Source of the DNA: an uncultured Planctomycetia bacterium | GTDB taxonomy: Bacteria > Omnitrophota > Gorgyraeia > Tantalellales > Tantalellaceae | Length of the DNA stretch: 64,000 nt | Assembly: GCA_964572255.1 (NCBI GenBank) | Contig: CAZNEE010000001.1 | Span: 203,587 to 267,586, forward strand | Reading direction: 5' to 3' | Made by a program: the position numbers and the translations under genes | The notes under the pieces: generated by a model | What the model was told of the DNA's origin: nothing | Databases searched by the model: none | The model's input: the letters and a program-made list of their open reading frames with translations, nothing else | In this document: piece by piece, positions 17,573 through 27,539 of the stretch | Numbering within the stretch: the stretch's first letter is position 1 | Layout of the letters: each line of letters begins with the position of its first letter

Positions 17573-18490
17573 AGCATGGATAAAAACAAAATCATATTTA
17601 TTTTAGGGCCTACGGCATCAGGAAAGACCGCGGTTTCGATAGAACTTGCCAAGAGGATCGGCGGCGAGATCATATCGTGCGATTCGATGCAGATCTACCG
17701 CCAAATGGATACCCTGACGCAGGCCCCCCTTAGCAGCGATCTTTTGCAGGTCACGTATCATCTTGTCAAAAAACTTTCCCCTGAAGAAGAGTTTAATGCC
17801 GCGCAATTTGTTAACGAGGCTTCAGGCCTCATTGAATCGATCCTTTCAAACAATAAAGAGGTTATTATCTCCGGAGGGACCGGTCTTTACATGAAATCCT
17901 TTCTGGACGGGCTTTTCCCGTCACCGCCTAAGGACGAAGACTTGAGAAAAGAACTGACTCTGGCGGCTGAAAAGAACGGGAATGAATATTTGTATAATAA
18001 ATTAAAGGAAGTGGATCCGAAAACAGCCGAGAAACTTCACGTAAATGATCTGCGCAGAATCATACGCGCATTGGAAGTTTATGAACTTGCCGGAAAGACA
18101 ATAGATGAAAAAAAACAGGAAAGCGAAGGCATTCACGCAAAATACGACTGTAAACTGTTCGGGTTAAAACTTGATAGAGAAGTCTTGTATGAACGCATTG
18201 ATCACAGAGTAGAGAGAATGATGGATGACGGGCTCATTAATGAAGTGAAAAAGCTGAGGGATCTCAATTTAAGCATGACGGCCGGCAAGGCAATAGGGAT
18301 CAGGGAAATATCGGATTATTTGGACGGGAAGATAACGATCGATAAGGCATTGGAGGAGCTCAAAAAGAATACGCGCAGATATGCTAAAAGACAGCTGACC
18401 TGGTTCAATGCCGACAAAAGGATCGTGTGGGTGAACGCGGACCGTGATATTACTAAAATAGTTGATGATATTGTGACGAAAATAGTGTGA
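17573..18490 (+). CDS. miaA: tRNA dimethylallyltransferase MiaA
   Basis: P-loop IIFILGPTASGKT and QIYRQMD. The track ORF begins at 17504 but the conserved N-terminus starts at ATG 17573. Confidence 0.85.
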   Translation, partial: SMDKNKIIFILGPTASGKTAVSIELAKRIGGEIISCDSMQIYRQMDTLTQAPLSSDLLQVTYHLVKKLSPEEEFNAAQFVNEASGLIESILSNNKEVIISGGTGLYMKSFLDGLFPSPPKDEDLRKELTLAAEKNGNEYLYNKLKEVDPKTAEKLHVNDLRRIIRALEVYELAGKTIDEKKQESEGIHAKYDCKLFGLKLDREVLYERIDHRVERMMDDGLINEVKKLRDLNLSMTAGKAIGIREISDYLDGKITIDKALEELKKNTRRYAKRQLTWFNADKRIVWVNADRDITKIVDDIVTKIV

Positions 18491-18572
18491 ATTGTTTTGA
18501 GCGGGGCATCAAATCTACGAGCGGGCATGGTTCGCCATCGTTTAATTGCAGCGAGAGCGAGGAGATTTCTGA

Positions 18573-18601
18573 GGTCAATTTTCACGCTGGGGAAATTGAC
18601 C
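18573..18601 (+). other. 9-bp stem hairpin (GGTCAATTT / AAATTGACC) in miaA-hflX spacer
   Basis: Perfect inverted repeat with 11-nt loop. No U-tract follows. A direct repeat GAGCGGGGCAT / GAGCGGGCAT lies at 18498-18529. Confidence 0.3.
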
Positions 18602-18644
18602 GTCCCTGCGATAAAATAATTCACAGTATTTTTAAGATAAGAAC

Positions 18645-19928
18645 ATGACAGTAAAACCAAGGTCGACAAAAGAGGAAAGAGAAAAAGCCGTTCTTGTTAC
18701 GGTCGAGGAGATAGGCAAGACTTCCTGGAAACTCGAAGATAGGATGGAAGAATTAATAGGGCTTGCCGAAGCATGTGATGTGGAGATAGTAGGGGAGGTT
18801 GCATGCAAGAGGAAGACCATAACTTCGAATCTGTATATAGGTAAAGGCAAAGCGCAGGAGATCGCCGATCTGGTCTCTGAGATAGGGGCCGGTGCAGTGA
18901 TCTTCAGCGACGATCTTTCTCCGTCCCAGCAGAAGAACCTGGAAGAGATCTTTAAAGCTAAGACCATAGACCGCACTCAGCTCATTCTGGATATTTTCGC
19001 GCGAAGAGCGACGTCAAATGAAGGAAAAGTCCAGGTTGAGCTTGCCCAGTTGGTTTATTTACTTCCGCGTTTAAGCCGCATGTGGCTGCACCTTTCAAGG
19101 CAATACGGCGGGGTAGGCACCAGAGGCCCCGGTGAACAGCAGCTGGAAGTGGACAGAAGACGCGTAAGAGAACGTATTTCGCGGCTTAAGAGATCCTTAA
19201 AGGACATAACCGATCAGCGTAAACTCAGACGTTCTCAACGTGATAAGTTTTCAATGCTCAATGTCGCGCTCGTGGGATATACCAATTCGGGAAAATCAAC
19301 GCTTTTCAACGCGTTAAGCTCATCTCATGCCAGGGTCAAGGACCAGCTTTTCAGCACGCTCGACCCGACAGTGCGAAAAATAACTTTACCGAATAATCAA
19401 TCTGTTCTTATCTCAGATACGGTGGGCTTCATCCACGATCTTCCTCATCACCTGGTCGAGAGTTTTAAGGCTACCCTGGAGGAGGTCGTTGGGGCGGATA
19501 TATTGTTCAATGTTATCGATATCAGTGATTATAAGATGATAGATCAGAGTATTGCCGTCAAGGAAGTGCTTGAGGAATTGGGAGTTTCCGATAAGCCCGT
19601 GATCAATGTATTGAATAAGGCTGATAAAATAGGCGATGAAAGGGAAATAAAACGCATTGCGGGAGAGTTCCAGAATCCTGTAGTGATCTCCGCGCTAAAG
19701 ATGGAAGGATTAACTGAGCTTACCGATCGAATTGTTAATTATATTCAGCGGGACATGGAAGATATTGAAATAACCCTGCCTCATAAACATTATTCACTTG
19801 TAAAACTTATCAGGGAAAAGGGCAACGTTAAGAAAGAAGACTATACCGACAAGGGCGTATTTATATCGGCACGCATCCCCAGAAAAATAAAATATTCCAT
19901 ATTCAAAAAGCTGAAAAAATCCTCTTGA
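18645..19928 (+). CDS. hflX: GTPase HflX
   Basis: HflX N-domain plus G-domain. Motifs VALVGYTNSGKSTLFNAL, DTVGF and NKAD. Confidence 0.85.
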   Translation: MTVKPRSTKEEREKAVLVTVEEIGKTSWKLEDRMEELIGLAEACDVEIVGEVACKRKTITSNLYIGKGKAQEIADLVSEIGAGAVIFSDDLSPSQQKNLEEIFKAKTIDRTQLILDIFARRATSNEGKVQVELAQLVYLLPRLSRMWLHLSRQYGGVGTRGPGEQQLEVDRRRVRERISRLKRSLKDITDQRKLRRSQRDKFSMLNVALVGYTNSGKSTLFNALSSSHARVKDQLFSTLDPTVRKITLPNNQSVLISDTVGFIHDLPHHLVESFKATLEEVVGADILFNVIDISDYKMIDQSIAVKEVLEELGVSDKPVINVLNKADKIGDEREIKRIAGEFQNPVVISALKMEGLTELTDRIVNYIQRDMEDIEITLPHKHYSLVKLIREKGNVKKEDYTDKGVFISARIPRKIKYSIFKKLKKSS

Positions 19929-19952
19929 CATTCCTATCATTCATGCTATAAT
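19925..19952 (+). promoter_or_regulatory. Sigma70-type promoter of hrcA-grpE-dnaK-dnaJ (TTGACA-16-TATAAT)
   Basis: TTGACA at 19925-19930, 16-nt spacer, TATAAT at 19947-19952. It lies immediately upstream of CIRCE. Confidence 0.6.
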
Positions 19953-19979
19953 TTAGCACTCAGGAATAAAGAGTGCTAA
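19953..19979 (+). promoter_or_regulatory. CIRCE operator (HrcA binding site) TTAGCACTC-N9-GAGTGCTAA
   Basis: Perfect match to the CIRCE consensus inverted repeat, 45 nt upstream of the hrcA start. Confidence 0.9.
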
Positions 19980-20024
19980 ATTTCACGGCTAAAAAATTTC
20001 AAGTATAATTTTCAAGAGATAACA

Positions 20025-21086
20025 ATGAACAGGGTAAACACTAATAAGAAAGAAGAACGGAACCTCGAAGTTTTATCCAATATAGTGAGTTTGTATATTT
20101 CCTCGGCTATACCTGTGAGCTCAAAACTTGTAGCCAGAAACATGGCAAACCGTGTCTCCTCGGCGACCGTAAGAAATATCATGGCCGAATTGGAAGACAA
20201 AGGTTTTATAGAACAGCCCCATACTTCAGCCGGTCGTGTGCCGACAGATACGGGATATCGCTATTATGTTGATATGGTGAACCAAAAGATACAGGCCGAA
20301 CGGCAGAGAGCGAAGAGGCTTGCCGGCGAATATGCGCAAAAAATAAGAAGCATTGAAGAGCTTCTGGAGAAAACTTCATGTCTTATCAGCCGGGAACTTC
20401 ATAATGCCGGTTTTGTTATGCTTCCGAACGTTGAAAATCTTTATCTGAAACGTCTCGAACTTGTCAGGATACGGGCTAAAACCGTTCTGGCGGTACTCAT
20501 AACGATGACGAATGCCGTAAGGAATTATATTACCAGGCTTGAAAAAGACCTCAAACAGTATGAACTTGAAAGGATAGTAAATTTTCTTAATACAAATTAC
20601 GAAGATTCCATGATCTCGGATATTGCGGTTGACCTCAAGCGTATAGTGAAAGAGAAAAAAGAAGAAGATAAGGATGTTATGCATTTAGCGGAATATGCGC
20701 TTGATATTATAAAAGGCATTGCCGGCAGCACTCTTGAAAATGAAATATACCTTGAAGGATTGGATCAATTCATGCAGGAGCCGGAATTCCAGGATATCAG
20801 CATTACAAGGCACATATTAAGTATATTTTCCGACAGAAGCCACTTGTTGCATCTTTTACAGAAAGAACTCCCTTTTCAGGGGATAAAGATATATATAGGC
20901 AGAGAAAATCCTTCCGATATGTTAAGAGGGTGCAGCATTATCACTTCCGGGTACAGTATGCATGGAAGAACAATAGGCAGGTTTGGCGTTATGGGGCCTA
21001 CCCGCATGGATTATTGTAATGCCATAAGGACGGTGAGGTCCCTTTCGGACATAATAAGCGGGAAATTGGAAGAGATGAACGCGTAA
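20025..21086 (+). CDS. hrcA: Heat-inducible transcription repressor HrcA
   Basis: N-terminal winged-helix SATVRNIMAELEDKGFIEQPHTSAGRVPTDTGYRYYVD. Operon context with CIRCE-grpE-dnaK-dnaJ. Confidence 0.85.
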   Translation: MNRVNTNKKEERNLEVLSNIVSLYISSAIPVSSKLVARNMANRVSSATVRNIMAELEDKGFIEQPHTSAGRVPTDTGYRYYVDMVNQKIQAERQRAKRLAGEYAQKIRSIEELLEKTSCLISRELHNAGFVMLPNVENLYLKRLELVRIRAKTVLAVLITMTNAVRNYITRLEKDLKQYELERIVNFLNTNYEDSMISDIAVDLKRIVKEKKEEDKDVMHLAEYALDIIKGIAGSTLENEIYLEGLDQFMQEPEFQDISITRHILSIFSDRSHLLHLLQKELPFQGIKIYIGRENPSDMLRGCSIITSGYSMHGRTIGRFGVMGPTRMDYCNAIRTVRSLSDIISGKLEEMNA

Positions 21087-21097
21087 AGGCAATTCAA

Positions 21098-21640
21098 ATG
21101 AAAGAAAAAAAGAATAAGGAAGAAAAAAAGGACGTCAGTATTCCCGAAAAGGAATATGAAGAGCTGAAAAATAAAGCCGCCGAAAGAGACGAATATTATA
21201 ACAAGTGGCTGAAGGTGCATGCGGAATACGATAATACCCGCAAACGCATGGAAAAAGAAAAAATAGATCATTTGAAATTTGCCAATGAAGGCCTGGTTTC
21301 CAGGCTTTTTCCTATAGTGGATAATTTTGACATGGCGCTTGCCGCCATGGAGAAAGCAAAAGATAAAGCGGCTGTCATGGACGGCATAAAGCTTGTGCAG
21401 AAAGAGTTTCACAGGATACTCGATGAGAATGGTGTTGAAAAAATAAAGACTGTAGGGAAAACATTTGATCCGAATGTTCATGAGGCAGTTTCCGTGGTCG
21501 AAACAGATGAACATCCGGATGGTGTGATCGTTGAGGAAATTCGCAGCGGATATCTCCTGAACGGCAGGCTTTTAAGGCCCGCTCAAGTCAGAGTTGCAAA
21601 ACCAAAAGAAGAGAAAGAGGAGGAGGTAAACAATGGGTAA
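21098..21640 (+). CDS. grpE: Nucleotide exchange factor GrpE
   Basis: GrpE-like coiled-coil plus C-terminal beta domain (FDPNVHEAV ... [14 protein letters not shown]). Confidence 0.85.
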   Translation: MKEKKNKEEKKDVSIPEKEYEELKNKAAERDEYYNKWLKVHAEYDNTRKRMEKEKIDHLKFANEGLVSRLFPIVDNFDMALAAMEKAKDKAAVMDGIKLVQKEFHRILDENGVEKIKTVGKTFDPNVHEAVSVVETDEHPDGVIVEEIRSGYLLNGRLLRPAQVRVAKPKEEKEEEVNNG

Positions 21641-23567
21641 AGTCATAGGCATTGATCTAGGTACAACAAATTCTTGTGTTGCTGTTATGGAAGGTAAAGA
21701 ACCCAAGGTTATCCAGAATGCCGAGGGGACGAGAACTACGCCTAGCGTTGTCGCTTTTACAAAGACCGGGGAAAAACTTGTAGGCCAGCCGGCAAAACGG
21801 CAGGCGGTGACAAATTCGGAAAATACGATATTCAGCATAAAACGTTTCATGGGTAGAAAACATTCTGAAGTTGCCGTAGAGGAAAAACTTGTTCCTTTTA
21901 AGGTGGATGAAGATTCTAATGGTAACGTTGTTGCCGTTGCTCATGATAAAAAATATACGCCGCCTCAGATATCAGCGATGGTGCTTCAGAAGATGAAGCA
22001 GACTGCGGAGGATTATCTTGGCGAAAAAGTCACAGAAGCTGTTATTACAGTTCCGGCATACTTTAACGATTCGCAAAGGCAGGCTACGAAAGACGCAGGT
22101 GAGATCGCCGGACTTAAAGTCTTGAGGATCATAAACGAGCCGACCGCTGCAAGTTTGGCTTACGGTTTAGAGAGAAAGAAAAATGAAAAGATAGCCGTGT
22201 TTGATCTTGGCGGGGGGACATTTGATATTTCGATCCTTGACGTCGGTGAAGGAGTTTTTGAAGTTAAATCTACTAATGGTGATACACATCTTGGAGGAGA
22301 TAATTTTGACCAGAAAATAATCGATTGGATCGCTGAAGAGTTCAAGAAAGAACAAGGTATTGATCTCCGTAAAGATAAGATGGCTCTTCAAAGGTTGAAA
22401 GAGGGGGCGGAAAAAGCGAAATGCGAACTGTCGTCAAATATGGAAACCGAGATAAACCTCCCCTTTATTACGGCAGACGCATCGGGCCCCAAACATCTAA
22501 CCATGAAGCTTACAAGGTCCAAGCTGGAACAGCTTGTGGACGATCTCGTTGAAAGAACGAAAAACCCATGCTACAAAGCGCTGAAAGACTCCGGTTATTC
22601 CGCGAGTGATATAGATGAAGTTATTCTCGTAGGCGGTCAAACACGTATGCCTAAAGTGCAGGAAGTCGTTAAAGAAATATTCGGCAAAGAGCCGCACAAA
22701 GGCGTTAATCCTGACGAGGTTGTAGCTGTGGGCGCTGCCATACAAGGCGGTGTCTTGAGCGGCGAAGAAGGGCTTTCGGATGTGGTTCTCTTGGATGTTA
22801 CTCCGCTTTCACTCGGCATAGAAACGTTGGGGGGAGTGATGACTCGCCTTATCGAGAAAAATACCACAATACCTACCAAGAAAAGCCAGATATTTTCAAC
22901 AGCCGCGGATAACCAGACAGCCGTTTCTATTCATGTTCTTCAAGGCGAAAGGGAGATGGCATCTGATAACAGAACCCTCGGGAAATTTGATCTAATAGGT
23001 ATACCGCCCGCACCACGGGGCATACCGCAGATCGAGGTTACTTTTGATATTGATGCGAACGGTATAGTCCATGTTCACGCTAAGGATAAAGCGACAGGTA
23101 AAGAACAATCCATCCGCATAGAATCTTCAAGCGGTCTTTCAAAGGAAGAAATAGAAAAGATGAGACAGGATGCCAAAGCGCATGAAGAGGAAGATAAAAA
23201 GAAGAAAGAGCTTATAGAGGCGAGGAACCAGCTGGATACTCTTATATATTCTACCGAGAAAGCCTTGAAGGATTTTGGCGATAAGGTTTCAGACGATGAA
23301 AAGAAAAAGATCAACGAAGCCGTGGAAGAAGCCAAGAAAAAGCTTAATTCCGAAAAAGCTGATGAAATAAAAAAGGCTCAGGAAGAACTTCAAAAGGCAA
23401 GTTATAAGCTTTCGGAAGAGATGTACAAGAGCGCTCAAGCCCAGCAACAGCAGCAAGGCGGACCCCAGCAGCAGGCCGGACAACAGCCGGGCGGAGAAAA
23501 GAAAAAAGATGAGGACGTTGTTGACGCGGATTACAAGGTAGACGAGGATAAAGACAAAAAGGAATAA
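21633..23567 (+). CDS. dnaK: Chaperone DnaK (Hsp70)
   Basis: [25 protein letters not shown] and [11 protein letters not shown]. Start overlaps the grpE stop. Confidence 0.95.
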   Translation: MGKVIGIDLGTTNSCVAVMEGKEPKVIQNAEGTRTTPSVVAFTKTGEKLVGQPAKRQAVTNSENTIFSIKRFMGRKHSEVAVEEKLVPFKVDEDSNGNVVAVAHDKKYTPPQISAMVLQKMKQTAEDYLGEKVTEAVITVPAYFNDSQRQATKDAGEIAGLKVLRIINEPTAASLAYGLERKKNEKIAVFDLGGGTFDISILDVGEGVFEVKSTNGDTHLGGDNFDQKIIDWIAEEFKKEQGIDLRKDKMALQRLKEGAEKAKCELSSNMETEINLPFITADASGPKHLTMKLTRSKLEQLVDDLVERTKNPCYKALKDSGYSASDIDEVILVGGQTRMPKVQEVVKEIFGKEPHKGVNPDEVVAVGAAIQGGVLSGEEGLSDVVLLDVTPLSLGIETLGGVMTRLIEKNTTIPTKKSQIFSTAADNQTAVSIHVLQGEREMASDNRTLGKFDLIGIPPAPRGIPQIEVTFDIDANGIVHVHAKDKATGKEQSIRIESSSGLSKEEIEKMRQDAKAHEEEDKKKKELIEARNQLDTLIYSTEKALKDFGDKVSDDEKKKINEAVEEAKKKLNSEKADEIKKAQEELQKASYKLSEEMYKSAQAQQQQQGGPQQQAGQQPGGEKKKDEDVVDADYKVDEDKDKKE

Positions 23568-24692
23568 ATGGCGAAAGACTATTACGAAACGCTCGGTGTG
23601 GGAAGAAATGCCTCGGCCGATGAGATAAAAAAAGCATACAGGAAGCTTGCCGTAAAATATCACCCGGATAAGAACCCCGGGAACAAGGAAGCTGAGGAAA
23701 AGTTCAAAGAGATCTCACATGCGTATGAGGTTCTCAGCGACCCCCAGAAAAGGACCCAATACGATCAGTTCGGTCCTTCGGTTTTTGAAGGAGGAAGGGG
23801 TTTCGGAGGGTTTGATTTCCACAATCCTTTTGACATCTTTGAAAGTGTATTTGAAGCAATGGGCGGCGGCGGGTTCGGCGACATTTTTGGTTTTGGTTCT
23901 TCCAGGCGCGGCGGAGCGCGGAGAGGACGTGACCTTGAGTACAACTTGACGATAGATTTCATGGAGGCCGCTAAAGGCGTCAAGAAAGAGATAAAGGTCA
24001 GAAGATATGAGAAGTGCAACGCTTGCGACGGGACCGGAGCAAAAGCTGGGACCGGTTTAGCCGCTTGTCCGACCTGTAAGGGGAAGGGACAGATCGGCCG
24101 GTCAATGCTGGGTATGATCTATAGCACGACCTGTCCTGATTGCGGCGGAGCCGGGCAGGTAATAAAAGAACCTTGCGATGAATGCGGCGGTAAAGGCAGG
24201 ATAGAGGTCTCAAGAAAAATAACCGTAGACGTGCCGGCAGGTGTTGATACGGGCAATCGCCTGCGTCTTTCAGGGGAAGGTGAAGCCGGGACTAAGGGCG
24301 GCCCAAGAGGAGATCTTTATGTTTTTATTGAAGTGAAAGAGCATTCTTTTTTCACCAGACGGGATAATGATGTTTATTGCCTTGTTCGGATACCTTTCAC
24401 GCAACTTGTTTTTGGAGCCGACATAAAGGTTGATGGCCTGGACGGCAAAGAGACCGTTTCTATTCCGGCAGGGACGCCTTCGGGTGAAGTGTTTCGCTTA
24501 AGAGGCAAAGGCATAAAGAGACTTGACGGTAGAGGCAGAGGAGATCAGCTTGTAAAAGTACAGGCTGAAGTGCCGAAAAAACTGACCGATGAACAAAAAA
24601 AGATCTTAAAGGAATTTGAAGCCAGCTTGGGAGGGAAGTCCGGTTCAGGGACCGAAAAACTGGTTGATAAATTCAAGAAAATGTTTAAATAG
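23568..24692 (+). CDS. dnaJ: Co-chaperone DnaJ
   Basis: J domain with YHPDKN. G/F-rich region. Four CxxCxGxG zinc-finger repeats. Confidence 0.9.
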   Translation: MAKDYYETLGVGRNASADEIKKAYRKLAVKYHPDKNPGNKEAEEKFKEISHAYEVLSDPQKRTQYDQFGPSVFEGGRGFGGFDFHNPFDIFESVFEAMGGGGFGDIFGFGSSRRGGARRGRDLEYNLTIDFMEAAKGVKKEIKVRRYEKCNACDGTGAKAGTGLAACPTCKGKGQIGRSMLGMIYSTTCPDCGGAGQVIKEPCDECGGKGRIEVSRKITVDVPAGVDTGNRLRLSGEGEAGTKGGPRGDLYVFIEVKEHSFFTRRDNDVYCLVRIPFTQLVFGADIKVDGLDGKETVSIPAGTPSGEVFRLRGKGIKRLDGRGRGDQLVKVQAEVPKKLTDEQKKILKEFEASLGGKSGSGTEKLVDKFKKMFK

Positions 24693-24703
24693 GAGACAAA
24701 GCG

Positions 24704-24961
24704 ATGCCTACCTATGATTATGAATGCAAAAAATGCGGACATGTTTTTGAACTCTTTCAGAATATTACCGATGAACCCATAGATAGTTGCCCTGAATGCA
24801 AAGGGAAGGTTCGTCGCATTATAGGTACGGGTGCCGGAATAATTTTTAAGGGCAGCGGTTTTTATCAGACAGATTATAAAAATTCATGCCAGGCAGGTTC
24901 GAAAAAGATCGGAAACGCAGATAAATCACCATCTTGCGAAGGTTGCCAGAAAAACAAATAA
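24704..24961 (+). CDS. FmdB-family zinc-ribbon protein
   Basis: MPTYDYECKKCGHVFE ... CPECKG is the classic FmdB CxxC...CxxC ribbon. Confidence 0.7.
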   Translation: MPTYDYECKKCGHVFELFQNITDEPIDSCPECKGKVRRIIGTGAGIIFKGSGFYQTDYKNSCQAGSKKIGNADKSPSCEGCQKNK

Positions 24962-24971
24962 ACCTTATCAA

Positions 24972-25340
24972 ATGAAAAAACGCATTCCCGTCTTGATGCT
25001 CACAATAATGTGGGCGCTTATTATACTTATAGTTTCCGTTTTGCCCAGCGAAAAATACCCGCAGATCGACATAATAAATATAGACAAAATTATCCATTTC
25101 CTTGTATATGCTGTTCTTTCTTTTCTTGTATTAAAGAGCTTTCAGCTCAATTTTGAGATGACTTTTCCCCGGGAGGATGTTTTATTTACGTTGATATTGT
25201 GTATAGGATATGGTATTTTATTGGAACTGGTACAGTTGGTGATCCCGGGCAGGAATTTCAGCTTGATCGATATGGCATTTAACGCCGCGGGTGCTGTTTT
25301 TGGCGTTTTAATATTGAAAGGGACAAAATGGGCAAGATGA
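24972..25340 (+). CDS. VanZ-like family membrane protein
   Basis: 122 aa with 4 TM helices. VanZ-like segments IHFLVYAVLSFL and GYGILLELVQLVIPGR. Confidence 0.55.
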   Translation: MKKRIPVLMLTIMWALIILIVSVLPSEKYPQIDIINIDKIIHFLVYAVLSFLVLKSFQLNFEMTFPREDVLFTLILCIGYGILLELVQLVIPGRNFSLIDMAFNAAGAVFGVLILKGTKWAR

Positions 25341-26614
25341 GACCTTTTAAAGGACTTTTGTACAATGCTGAGAAGATAGGGGGAGATTTCTCGGGCGTGG
25401 TGGCGCCTCCTTACGATGTTATACCGGACCGCATGCGTGATGAACTGTATGAAAAAAGCCCTTACAATGTTATAAGGCTCATACTGGGCAAGACTTCTGA
25501 TAGTGATAATGATGAAGACAACCGATATACGCGTGCTGCCAAGTTCTTCAAAGAATGGCAGGAAGAAGGCGTGCTTAGCAGAAACGGAAATGAGGCTTTC
25601 TATGTATATCTTCAGGAGTATGATTTTGAAGGCAAAAGTTTTAGCCGCATAGGTTTTTTTGGTCTTTTAAAAATAGAAGATTCAGAAGATGAAAAGGTAA
25701 TTCCCCATGAACATACGCTTGCCAAACCTAAAGAGGACCGCTTAAATCTTATAAAACAGGTAAAAAGCAACCTAAGCCCGATATTTACTATTTTTCCGGA
25801 TACCGATGGGTCAGTTACGGAAGTCCTGAAAAATAAGGCGAAGGCGGAGCCTCCCATAATCGATATTGAAAGGGAAGACGGAAAACATAAATTGTGGCGT
25901 GTTGCCGACAAAGAGTCGATCGAGAAAATCAGCAAAAGCATGGAAAATAAGAGTGTTTATATAGCAGACGGCCATCATAGATACGCGGTTTCCAAGACTT
26001 ACCGGGATATGCGCCGGAGTGAGCCGAATTATGACGGCAGCGCCGATTATGTTATGGTTTATTTTACCGACATGGAATCAGGCGATAATCTTGCGGTCAT
26101 GGCGACACATAGGGCGGTTAAGGAAATGCCCCTCTCCGGTGATAAAGAAGTGATAAGTAAGCTTGCGGATTATTTTGCTACTGATGAGTTTGATACTTTA
26201 TCCGAGCTTACACAGCGTCTTTACGAAAGCAGGGAGGACAGCCACATTTTCGGGTATTATGGCGGAGAAAAATTTATTTCTTTTAAATTAAAAGACGAGA
26301 ATGCGCTTCAGGATCTGATAAATGACGACAGATCGTTAAGCTGGAAGCAGCTTGATGTAAGCATACTTCATTCCGGCATTTTCAGGAAACTCCTTTCCGT
26401 CAAAGACGGCGAGGGGAATCTTACATACGTTAAAAAAGCCGAAGAGGCGGAAGAGTTAGTCAGGGATAAAAGCCACAAAGCGGCTTTTTTCCTTAACCCT
26501 ACAAAGGTAAGCCAGCTCAGGGCAGTGACCGAGCACGGTGAGATGATGCCGCAAAAATCCACTTATTTTTATCCCAAACTTTTAACGGGTCTGGTTATCA
26601 ATAAGTTCGATTAG
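25328..26614 (+). CDS. DUF1015-family protein
   Basis: N-terminus RPFKGLLYNAEK ... VVAPPYDVIPD and central YIADGHHRYA are characteristic of DUF1015. Confidence 0.65.
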   Translation: MGKMRPFKGLLYNAEKIGGDFSGVVAPPYDVIPDRMRDELYEKSPYNVIRLILGKTSDSDNDEDNRYTRAAKFFKEWQEEGVLSRNGNEAFYVYLQEYDFEGKSFSRIGFFGLLKIEDSEDEKVIPHEHTLAKPKEDRLNLIKQVKSNLSPIFTIFPDTDGSVTEVLKNKAKAEPPIIDIEREDGKHKLWRVADKESIEKISKSMENKSVYIADGHHRYAVSKTYRDMRRSEPNYDGSADYVMVYFTDMESGDNLAVMATHRAVKEMPLSGDKEVISKLADYFATDEFDTLSELTQRLYESREDSHIFGYYGGEKFISFKLKDENALQDLINDDRSLSWKQLDVSILHSGIFRKLLSVKDGEGNLTYVKKAEEAEELVRDKSHKAAFFLNPTKVSQLRAVTEHGEMMPQKSTYFYPKLLTGLVINKFD

Positions 26615-26623
26615 GAAAGGATC

Positions 26624-27463
26624 ATGGCTTTTTTTAAGAAAAAACCCAAGATATTTGAGGGGGCGAAAAAGAAAGAGATCCCCGGCGGTCTATGGACGAA
26701 GTGTCCCGAATGCGGTGAGGTCCTTTATAATAAGAAGCTCAAAGAGAATCTGCAAGTTTGTTCTAAATGTGATTATCACTTTCGCCTCGGCGCGTATGAC
26801 AGGATAGATATGTTGGTCGATAAAGGAACGTTCAGCGAGATGTACAAGGACATGGTAAGCAAGGATCCCCTCAGGTTCAAAGGTCCGTCTGACTACCCGA
26901 CAAAAATAAAAAAAGATCAAAAAGCCACGGGGCTCAAGGAAGCGGCTATTACGGGCGAAGCCAGCATTAACGGAAAAAGAGTGGCTTTGACTGTTACGGA
27001 TTCAAGATTTATCATGGGATCCATGGGTTCGGTTGTCGGGGAGAAGATCACCAGGCTTATCGAACATGCCGACAGTAACAAATTTCCGCTTATCATTGTT
27101 TCAGGTTCCGGCGGCGGAGCCAGAATGTATGAAGGGATGCTTTCCCTCATGCAGATGGCTAAGACCAGTGCCGCTCTTGACAGGTTCAATAAGAACGGCG
27201 GACTTTTCATTTCAGTTTTAACAAACCCTACCATGGCCGGTGTTATGGCGAGTTTTGCTTCGCTTGGGGATATAATCATCGCCGAGCCGAAGGCGCTTAT
27301 AGGCTTCACAGGCCCGAGAGTTATCCAACAGACCATAAATAAAGAACTTCCGGAAGGGTTCCAAAGCTCTGAATTTTTATTGGAACACGGTCTAATAGAC
27401 ATGATCGTCCATAGGAAGGATATGCGGGACAAGCTATCCATGCTTATGGGCTATCTAAGCTAA
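26624..27463 (+). CDS. accD: Acetyl-CoA carboxylase carboxyltransferase beta subunit AccD
   Basis: N-terminal zinc finger [26 protein letters not shown]. Carboxyltransferase domain GGARMYEG. Confidence 0.85.
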   Translation: MAFFKKKPKIFEGAKKKEIPGGLWTKCPECGEVLYNKKLKENLQVCSKCDYHFRLGAYDRIDMLVDKGTFSEMYKDMVSKDPLRFKGPSDYPTKIKKDQKATGLKEAAITGEASINGKRVALTVTDSRFIMGSMGSVVGEKITRLIEHADSNKFPLIIVSGSGGGARMYEGMLSLMQMAKTSAALDRFNKNGGLFISVLTNPTMAGVMASFASLGDIIIAEPKALIGFTGPRVIQQTINKELPEGFQSSEFLLEHGLIDMIVHRKDMRDKLSMLMGYLS

Positions 27464-27469
27464 ATCTTA

Positions 27470-27498
27470 TTGACTTTTCCCCTGATATATAGTATATA
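27470..27498 (+). promoter_or_regulatory. Candidate promoter TTGACT-17-TATATA upstream of ABC ATPase gene
   Basis: TTGACT at 27470-27475, 17-nt spacer, TATATA at 27493-27498. A 40-nt leader runs to the GTG start. Confidence 0.4.
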
Positions 27499-27539
27499 AA
27501 AGTGATATTTTACTATTATATTAATAACAAGGCGGTCGT

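Noticed and set aside
18528-18617. 29-aa ORF (MVRHRLIAARARRFLRSIFTLGKLTVPAIK) in the miaA-hflX spacer, considered as a degenerate hfq
   Set aside because: No Sm motif. It is far shorter than Hfq, Arg-rich and of low complexity. Probably non-coding
26917-27441. Minus-strand ORFs of 146-187 aa antisense to accD, the ABC ATPase, the GGDEF gene, grpE and the APC permease (26917-27441, 28044-28607, 29050-29601, 21011-21514, 11201-11668)
   Set aside because: Each lies wholly within a strongly supported + strand gene. They have low-complexity Ser/Pro/Leu-rich translations and no RBS. These are typical antisense shadow ORFs
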